Both the position numbers and the translations under genes were made by a program. A model generated the notes under the pieces. That model was not told the DNA's origin, did no database searches, and worked only from the letters and a program-made list of their open reading frames with translations. A stretch of DNA of 64,000 nt from Candidatus Latescibacterota bacterium (GTDB taxonomy: Bacteria > Latescibacterota > UBA2968 > GCA-2709665). Below are positions 57,307 to 64,000 of the stretch, piece by piece; within the stretch, counting starts at the first letter, position 1; the number at the start of each line of letters is the position of its first letter. The stretch is taken from positions 1,472,001-1,536,000 of the forward strand of contig OZ242180.1 in assembly GCA_965205485.1 (NCBI GenBank), given 5' to 3'.

Positions 57307-57527
57307 GCAGCGAGAACCGGGTGATTTAGGCGATCGATCGCAAAACGAAGACAGGCACGAATGTCCTCGAGCTCAAGGTCCGGATGCTCAGCCAGAATCT
57401 GTTCCCGGGTGAGATCATGAACAAGCAGATTCAGCACATCAGTGACGCGAATGCGCATGCCGCGTATACAGGGACGCCCCCCGCACTGTTTTGGATTTAC
57501 CGTGATACGGTCCATCAGGGTCGCCAT
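57303..57527 (-). CDS. DUF433 antitoxin-like protein
   Basis: RITVNPKQCGGRPCIRGMRIRVTDVL...ILAEHPDLELEDIRACL. AGGAG RBS. Confidence 0.93.
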   Translation of the reverse strand: MATLMDRITVNPKQCGGRPCIRGMRIRVTDVLNLLVHDLTREQILAEHPDLELEDIRACLRFAIDRLNHPVLAA

Positions 57528-57652
57528 AACACGCTCTCCTACATAAGGGCTTCTCCGATACGGTTGACACAAGGGAAATATAGCCCACGCCGCGGGTCTG
57601 TCAACACTTCGAACGCGAAATCGCGCCCCTCAGTCTGCACTTATCGGCCTGC

Positions 57653-58402
57653 TCACCCGCCATCCGGCGCAATGCCACGCGCCTTCATCCAGTCCATGAC
57701 GATCCTGTGTCCGCCCGTCTTCGCCTGCTGATATGCGGATTCACCGGCCGGGTTTACCCAATCCGGATCGGCGCCACGTTCGAAGAGGATCTTGGCGATG
57801 GTCGCGTGGCCGTTGCGACACGCCAGGCCGAACGCGCTGTCCAGCGCCGTCTTCGGCGGTCGCGGCGGATCCCAGCAGGGCAGGGCGCCCGCGTTTTCCG
57901 TAACGTTACCATCCTCATCGAAGTACTGATCCACGAGATCTCTCCGACCGGCGCCCGCGGCCGTCATGAGATTCGACGCCGCGCCCCGGTCGATCAACAG
58001 CCGCGCGACGTTCACACACCGAAAGATGACGGCATTCCAGATCGGCGTCCCGTTCGCAATCACGCCGCAGTCAATATCGATATCCGCCCCAGCGTCCAGA
58101 AGCAGCTCCGCCAGGTCGACGTCGTCGTTGCTCGCCGCCCAGTGCAACGGCGTCTCTTTCGCCGCTTCGACCTGGCCATGCTGGAAACGCGCGTTCACGT
58201 CCGCCCCCGCCTCGATGAGCAGCCTGGCCATTTCCACGCCCTTCGGTTTGTGCCCGGGATAATCCGCGATCGTATGCAGGGGCGTGCGATCGTTGTCTTC
58301 CGACCTGAGGTTGGGCAATTCCGGATACGACTCGATGAGCATCTTTAGCCTTTTCACGTCGCTCTGTTCAATGGCTTCTCGCGCCTGTTCGATTGGCGTC
58401 AT
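57653..58402 (-). CDS. Ankyrin repeat protein
   Basis: RTPLH, LLIEAGADVNA, ETPLHWAASNDD..LLLDAGADID and GTPIWNA. Confidence 0.92.
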   Translation of the reverse strand: MTPIEQAREAIEQSDVKRLKMLIESYPELPNLRSEDNDRTPLHTIADYPGHKPKGVEMARLLIEAGADVNARFQHGQVEAAKETPLHWAASNDDVDLAELLLDAGADIDIDCGVIANGTPIWNAVIFRCVNVARLLIDRGAASNLMTAAGAGRRDLVDQYFDEDGNVTENAGALPCWDPPRPPKTALDSAFGLACRNGHATIAKILFERGADPDWVNPAGESAYQQAKTGGHRIVMDWMKARGIAPDGG

Positions 58403-58424
58403 TCTTTCTCCTCCAATTTGCGGT

Positions 58425-59330
58425 TCAGGGGATACCCAATCGCTTGCGGTAGACTTCGTCGCTCAGCGCTTTTTGACGCCAGTAGGGTTCGCGCACGGTC
58501 ACCATCAGTTCCGCGCGGGCGCCCGCCCCGTCTTCCCATTTCAGGATGCGGCGAGGGTGCGCCGCTTCAACCCAGACCGTCGTGTTCCACCGGTCTGTCT
58601 CCCAGCGCCATGGAATGGCGTTGTGGCGCTCGTTCGAAACGGTGATCGTCTCCGGCTTTCCCTTGCTCAACCGTGCGTCCACCAGGGCGTGGGGGCGGTG
58701 CCGCGTCCGGAACGACCAGAGGCTGCGCAGTAGCCGGACCGGCCGCGATTCGCCAGCACGCATGATCGCACCCTTGAGCTCCCGGATCTGGATGAGCAGA
58801 TGGTCTTCGCTTTGAAAGGCATCTGGCATGTCCAGACTATACGTACGCAGGCCTTCGCGTTCGAAATAACTGTTCAGGGCGCCGCGCAATTTGCCGTCAT
58901 CCACGCGAATTTCATCGAAAATATGCCCGCACCACTCCTGTGAACTCAGATTCACCTTCATCAGCTCAAACGGGTTTGAACCGTCCAGACCCTCAACGGC
59001 GCTGAAGACCGACGTCATTACCGAATAATCATAGATGCCGGTGGTGAACTTCAGCACGTTGTTCAGCTTGAGCACGTAGATTCTCTCCGCCGGCGGCGTT
59101 GGCGACTCCACCTTGATGTATGTATTCCGGTTCAGGTCTTCGGTGACGAAAATGAGGACGCCGTAGCCCTCGCGGGACTCTCCGTAGCGAGGCTGTACCA
59201 CGCGATAGCTGGAGATCTCCGCCTTGCCGTCCGCCCAGTGCGCATAGAAGTCCGGCGTCTCCGCGGCGACCGGCGGGACGAATCCGAGCGTAGCCAGGAC
59301 CGCCAGGGCGGTTGCGCAAAATCGGGGCAT
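58425..59330 (-). CDS. Conserved hypothetical secreted protein
   Basis: Signal peptide, then W.DGKAEISSY...Q.RYGE.R.G...IFVTED, VLKLN, FTTGIYDYS.MTSVF and SSQEWCGH. Confidence 0.75.
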   Translation of the reverse strand: MPRFCATALAVLATLGFVPPVAAETPDFYAHWADGKAEISSYRVVQPRYGESREGYGVLIFVTEDLNRNTYIKVESPTPPAERIYVLKLNNVLKFTTGIYDYSVMTSVFSAVEGLDGSNPFELMKVNLSSQEWCGHIFDEIRVDDGKLRGALNSYFEREGLRTYSLDMPDAFQSEDHLLIQIRELKGAIMRAGESRPVRLLRSLWSFRTRHRPHALVDARLSKGKPETITVSNERHNAIPWRWETDRWNTTVWVEAAHPRRILKWEDGAGARAELMVTVREPYWRQKALSDEVYRKRLGIP

Positions 59331-59423
59331 GTTTCCTTCCTTCCACAGGATGATCGACTGGAATGGAAAAGGCCGCCTCACGTTCGGGCGGCCCGTGTAT
59401 CCCGCTGCGACGTCGAGCATGGT

Positions 59424-60506
59424 CTATTTCAGGAACAACATACGTCTTGACGCCGAGAAACCGCCTGCCTGAATCCTGTAGAGATAGATGCCACTGGACA
59501 CCTGCCGACCCATTTCATCCTTCCCGTCCCAGGTCGCTGTGAAGGAACCTGCCTCCATATAAAGGTCCACCAGAACGCGCACCTCCTGGCCCAGAAGGTT
59601 ATAGATGGCCAGCCGGACCGGGGCAGCCTCCGGAATGCGGTATCCGATGACGGTGGAGGGGTTGAACGGGTTGGGTACATTCTGGTCCAGCGTGTATTCG
59701 CCGGGCAGTGACGACAGTCGGTCGAAATCGACGTTCGTCAACCGGTCGATAGCGCCGTCGAGACCGATAAGCACGCCTTCCGAAACCCTGAAGTCGCCGG
59801 ACGAGGCCGCGCCGTCTGTCTTGAAGATAAGCTCGACGAGCTTTCCGTCGCCACTGACGCCTTGCCCATCCACCTTCACCGCGCCGAGATCCACCCTGCC
59901 CGGGGCGTGGTTCGCGGATACGAAAAGCGTCTGCCCGCCCGGGCCGGACTTGAGCAGGTTCTCATCCGGTTCCCCGGCTTTCACGAACTCGTACTTCGCA
60001 GGATCGTAATGCAGCGAGAACCCGTACCCCTTCAGGTCCTTCGTGTGCGCCAGTGAGACGTGGAGTTTCAGAAGGTCTTTGTCTGCGCTCGAGTCATCAA
60101 CCTTTTCCAGCATAAGCGCGGCAAACGCGTTCCGGCCCCCGGTTATGTTCAAACCCCGCGTCAGTTTTCCGCTGGATTTCCCTTCCCCGAAATTCGTTGC
60201 CTTCGATGACAGCGATCGTTCCCGGCCCTCGGCGTCCAGAGGGTCCCCGCGCAACCCACGACCGTTTACCATCTCGTACTTCGAGGGAACGTGTTCCAGC
60301 GAAAGCCCGTATCCCTTCAATGTCCCTTCTTCCGTCGAAGGAATGGGCTTCGGCAGAGAACTCCTGCCCCCATTCAGGACGCTTAACAGCCTCGCCTTCG
60401 GATTTGCATTGGCGCGCGTCCCGTCGTCAGTGGTCAGTTCATCGGCAAGGGCTGGCCCGAACGAAACCAGCGCCGCGCAGACGGCCGGGACAAACGTCCG
60501 TCTCAT
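59424..60506 (-). CDS. Secreted protein with cohesin-like domain and C-terminal FlgD-Ig/secretion-tail domain
   Basis: DLKGYGFSLHYDPAKYEFV...SGDGKLVELIF (cohesin-like), then LDQNVPNPFNPSTVI...IYNLLGQEVRVL...WDGKDEMGRQVSSGIYLYRI. Confidence 0.82.
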   Translation of the reverse strand: MRRTFVPAVCAALVSFGPALADELTTDDGTRANANPKARLLSVLNGGRSSLPKPIPSTEEGTLKGYGLSLEHVPSKYEMVNGRGLRGDPLDAEGRERSLSSKATNFGEGKSSGKLTRGLNITGGRNAFAALMLEKVDDSSADKDLLKLHVSLAHTKDLKGYGFSLHYDPAKYEFVKAGEPDENLLKSGPGGQTLFVSANHAPGRVDLGAVKVDGQGVSGDGKLVELIFKTDGAASSGDFRVSEGVLIGLDGAIDRLTNVDFDRLSSLPGEYTLDQNVPNPFNPSTVIGYRIPEAAPVRLAIYNLLGQEVRVLVDLYMEAGSFTATWDGKDEMGRQVSSGIYLYRIQAGGFSASRRMLFLK

Positions 60507-60962
60507 ATCGAAACTCCTTAGGAACCTGGTCCTCCTGAATCACGATCAATTCCTATCCGAAATCTATTGCATAAATCCGCTACTGTCAACCCCATTGGGC
60601 GTCGATAAGCCGGATTCGTACGCCTGGGACCAGTCTCACCCACCGGCGAGACTATCTTCCGTCGACGGCGGTTCCGTTAGGTGGATGTGAATCGATTGCG
60701 TCACAAATCTGGTGTCAACAGTCTTGCTGTGTAAATCAAAAAGGCCGTCTGAGCGGTCCATCGATACCCGCAGATTTGGCCCCTTGATCGAGCGAAAGAT
60801 CTGCACCCGTCGGTCAATCGCCGGAAACCCGATCTTTCAGGGAGCGCATTTCCATACACGACGGTAACCACAACCTGCAATGCCCTTGTTGAAACCTTTG
60901 GAATCCCTTATGTTAAATGTGGGAATTCAGACCGACGCTATTGCATCAGGAGAGTCGAAACC

Positions 60963-63320
60963 ATGCCCGAATCGAGAAATCATTCCTCTCGTTGGCCCAC
61001 CCGGTATTTCGGTTTGGCGGCGGTGTTGTCATTTGCAATCGTCGCCCTGGTCCTGTGGGTTGGCCCGCAGCCGATATCTTCGCAGAGTCCGTTTACGCTT
61101 TCTCCTGATCTGGATGGCGCGGAGGGCGATCAGGGTACGACGTCTCTTGAAGTCTCCACCGAGGACGTCGTTTCCATTCAGGTCTTCGGAGATGACATTC
61201 AGGGGGCCACCGCCGTCACCATGCGCTTTCAATACGATGCGCGCCAGGTCCTCTTTGACGGGTTCGACGTCGGCGGGATCATGTCCAATGCCGTGGCGAC
61301 TACGAAGGAAGAAACGCATCCGACGTCCGTGGAGATCTCCGTTTGGCCCTTCGCGAGCCGCACCACGCCCCGAGCCGGCCTTGTGGGTACCGCACGTTTT
61401 CGCACGTCTGAGTCGTTTTCGAGCACCACGATCCGGCTGACCGACGGTGAAATCTCCCTGGGCCGATACCGTGAGGAAACCGCGTCGCTGGACATCGATA
61501 TGTCCCTGCTGGACAGTACAGCGGCTCCGTCTCCCGGCCTTGACGTGCATCGTGCCGACTTCGACGGCGATGGAACGGTCGCGTTGTCCGACTTTTTGCT
61601 GTTCGCGGACAATTTCGCGTCTCAGCAGGAGGACGATTCCTTCGACGGACGGTTCGACCTCGATGACGACGGATCGGTCGAACTCGGCGATTTTCTCAAA
61701 TTCGCCGCCCAGTTCGGAAAGGAACTGCCGCCGCCCGCCCCGCTAGTAGACCCCGCAGAACGCGACGCGCTGGAGGCGCTGTACAGGTCTACAGGAGGAG
61801 ATGACTGGACCGAGAACACAAACTGGCTCACCGACAAACACGTTTCCACGTGGCATGGCGTGATCGCGTTCGACGGTCGCGTGTCTATTGTGAACCTGAG
61901 CGAAAACAATCTGACTGGCGAAATCCCGTCTGAACTGGGCAGCCTTTCCCATCTCAGACGCCTTTATCTACAGAGGAATGGCCTTGCGGGGCCAATTCCA
62001 CTTGAATTGGGAAATCTCACTCGGAATGAAGTACTCTTTCTTCACCGGAACGCGTTGAGCGGTGAGATCCCCGCCGAACTGGGAAACCTGTCCAATCTCA
62101 GATGGTTGGCCCTCAACGCCAACCAGTTGAGCGGAACCATACCCGCACAACTCGGGGACCTTGCTGAACTGCGTTGGCTGAATTTCGACGAGAACGAGTT
62201 GAGCGGTGACATACCCTCGGAACTGGGAGACCTGTCGAATCTCAAGATCCTCTGGATCTGGAAGAATGCGTTGAGCGGTGAAATACCCGCCGAATTGGGC
62301 AAGCTGACAAACCTGTTGTTCCTGGATTTCGCGGACAACGAACTGACAGGCGCCGTACCCGCGGAACTGGGCGATCTGACCAACGTAAATTCGATATGGC
62401 TCAACTCGAATAAACTGTCCGGTGAGATTCCCGGGGCGCTTGGCAATCTGCCCCACCTCCAGAGGCTCTACCTTAATGAAAACGAACTCACAGGATCCAT
62501 TCCCCCGATGCTGGCCAACATCGCCGTCCTGGAAGTTCTCAGGTTGAATGAAAATGAACTGACGGGCGAGATTCCGTCCGAGTTCGGCGAACTGGATGAA
62601 CTCACGTGGCTGGAACTCGACAAGAATGAGCTGACCGGCGAGATACCGGGTGCGCTGGCCGACATGTCCTCCCTGGAGGTGGCCTGGATCGCCGCCAACA
62701 AGCTGACAGGACCGATACCCTCGGAATTGGGCAAATTGTCCACCCTGGTATGGCTGGACCTGTCCGAAAATATGTTGAGCGGCGAACTGCCCGAGTCCAT
62801 GGGAAATCTGTCCGACCTCGCACAGTTGTGGATCAACGATAATGCGGACCTGAAGGGCCCTCTGCCGTTCAGCCTGACCAATCTGAACGGCATGGAAGAT
62901 CTCCAGTTTCACGCCACCGGGCTGTGCGCGCCGCTCGACGAGGGCTTTCAGTTGTGGCTGGAGGACATTGACCGTACCACCGGAGAGAATTGCGAGGAAT
63001 CCGCAACCACGCCCGTGGAAATCAGGCCGCTGGCAGGGCTTCGCGTATCGGACGGGGGGGTTGAATTCCTGGTACTATCGACAACAGAGCAGTGCATCAC
63101 CCTGATTGGCATATCGATTGAGGGTTCCGCGTACACCACACACACGTCGAAATGGCAACGCAAAGAGGGTGATTCATGGGTCGATATTGAACGAACGCTG
63201 CGCGTGGGCCTGTGCCCTTACTCGACAACCAGCGCCGGGGAATACCGGATGGTCGCCGAGATTACGATCGACGGTGAACGGGGAAGCTACTCAAGCGAGA
63301 ACACGTTTACCATCAACTGA
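60963..63320 (+). CDS. Exported cohesin-like + dockerin/EF-hand + leucine-rich-repeat protein
   Basis: N-terminal TM/signal segment, then a cohesin-like domain (RFQYDARQVLFD...GLVGTARF) and DFDGDGTVALSDFLLFA / DLDDDGSVELGDFLKFA. ERDALEALY..TGG..W cap followed by about 14 plant-type 24-aa LRRs (N.LSGEIP.ELG.L). Confidence 0.9.
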   Translation: MPESRNHSSRWPTRYFGLAAVLSFAIVALVLWVGPQPISSQSPFTLSPDLDGAEGDQGTTSLEVSTEDVVSIQVFGDDIQGATAVTMRFQYDARQVLFDGFDVGGIMSNAVATTKEETHPTSVEISVWPFASRTTPRAGLVGTARFRTSESFSSTTIRLTDGEISLGRYREETASLDIDMSLLDSTAAPSPGLDVHRADFDGDGTVALSDFLLFADNFASQQEDDSFDGRFDLDDDGSVELGDFLKFAAQFGKELPPPAPLVDPAERDALEALYRSTGGDDWTENTNWLTDKHVSTWHGVIAFDGRVSIVNLSENNLTGEIPSELGSLSHLRRLYLQRNGLAGPIPLELGNLTRNEVLFLHRNALSGEIPAELGNLSNLRWLALNANQLSGTIPAQLGDLAELRWLNFDENELSGDIPSELGDLSNLKILWIWKNALSGEIPAELGKLTNLLFLDFADNELTGAVPAELGDLTNVNSIWLNSNKLSGEIPGALGNLPHLQRLYLNENELTGSIPPMLANIAVLEVLRLNENELTGEIPSEFGELDELTWLELDKNELTGEIPGALADMSSLEVAWIAANKLTGPIPSELGKLSTLVWLDLSENMLSGELPESMGNLSDLAQLWINDNADLKGPLPFSLTNLNGMEDLQFHATGLCAPLDEGFQLWLEDIDRTTGENCEESATTPVEIRPLAGLRVSDGGVEFLVLSTTEQCITLIGISIEGSAYTTHTSKWQRKEGDSWVDIERTLRVGLCPYSTTSAGEYRMVAEITIDGERGSYSSENTFTIN

Positions 63321-63364
63321 TAACGACGTCTCGAGCATATTACCGAAATCCTTTCTCAAAAGCC

Positions 63365-63395
63365 AAAAGGGCCGTGTGATCCACACGGCCCTTTT
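63365..63395. terminator. Bidirectional rho-independent terminator
   Basis: AAAAGGGCCGTGTG-ATC-CACACGGCCCTTTT between convergent genes. Confidence 0.85.
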
Positions 63396-63580
63396 CTCAG
63401 ATTCGGGTTCTCCCCGACCGGGTACACTATGTTTGAATCGGCCCGATAAGTAGAAATCCACCTACCGTTTCGACTTCCTGGTGCCAGATCCCAATCCCGT
63501 CCCTTTCACGACTCAACCTCCAGAACCCTCCTGATTTAACCCATCCAATTTCAGGAAAACCCCTACAGACGTTGTGGACG

Positions 63581-64000
63581 TCAATTCGAACGAACGCGTT
63601 TGCCGAAGTCCATGGAAAAGAGTAAGAAATCAGCAAACGCAATCTCGCCATCGCTGTTCAGATCGTACAAACCATCGAAACCCGCGTCATTCCTGCCCAA
63701 TCCGAAATGCGTGGCAAAAAGGATGAAATCATTGAACCCAACGATACCGTCATTGTCGAAGTCCGGCCCGCGTCGATAGATGCCGGCGCCGATGACGTAT
63801 TCTTCTCCGAGATGCGTGTGAATCAGTGCGTAACTTACCTTGAATGAGCCTACCGTATCGCCCAATAACGCTCCGTCTCCATCCTCGTCCCTCGCAGGAT
63901 CGTCCCACACATACTCGACGAAGCCCCCGCCGGCCCGAGCCGCCTTCAGGATCTCCTGCACGATCTTTACGCCGTTGGCGTCTTCAAGGTCAAAGTTGAT
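63581..64000 (-). CDS. C-terminal part of a Cache-domain protein with a dockerin/EF-hand tail (5' end beyond the window)
   Basis: DANGVKIVQEI..AA..GGGFVEYVWDDP...KVSYA...IGAGIY (sCache-like), then DFDNDGIVGFNDFILFA and DLNSDGEIAFADFLLF. Confidence 0.75.
   Translation of the reverse strand: MNFDLEDANGVKIVQEILKAARAGGGFVEYVWDDPARDEDGDGALLGDTVGSFKVSYALIHTHLGEEYVIGAGIYRRGPDFDNDGIVGFNDFILFATHFGLGRNDAGFDGLYDLNSDGEIAFADFLLFSMDFGKRVRSN

Noticed and set aside
61890..62900. 72-bp periodic repeats that might suggest a CRISPR-like array
   Set aside because: They are coding 24-aa leucine-rich repeats within one ORF. No repeat-spacer array or cas operon was seen anywhere in the window.

Overview
This is a 64-kb GC-rich bacterial chromosomal segment. 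Its content (GWxTD/TPR proteins, cohesin- and dockerin-like secreted proteins, LRR, ankyrin and FG-GAP proteins, a sulfatase, a TonB receptor) resembles FCB-group lineages such as Latescibacterota and possibly a host-associated one; that assignment is inference only. Core genes include ssrA (tmRNA), ilvD, glpK, lpxH, msrA and gltA, plus a large Ser/Thr kinase-sigma54 activator. Three AT-richer accessory islets interrupt this backbone. (i) About 15.3-17.5 kb, downstream of tmRNA: an AbiEi antitoxin, an internally deleted AbiEii and two decayed copies of the tmRNA 3' end. (ii) About 45.5-48.3 kb: an intact darG-darT pair and an orphan antitoxin-like gene. (iii) About 54.9-57.5 kb: a translationally coupled operon of XRE regulator, Cas4/PD-(D/E)XK nuclease N-terminal stub, prokaryotic Argonaute PIWI C-terminal stub, a 123-aa protein and a 384-aa HExxH (M48-like) metallopeptidase. 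The Argonaute remnant is not visible in the ORF track and is the best candidate for an undescribed system. Across the window, toxic effector genes appear repeatedly hollowed out by internal deletions while antitoxins and regulators remain. Several MITE, REP and heptamer repeat families fill the intergenic spaces. All family calls come from motif recognition by eye, without database searches.
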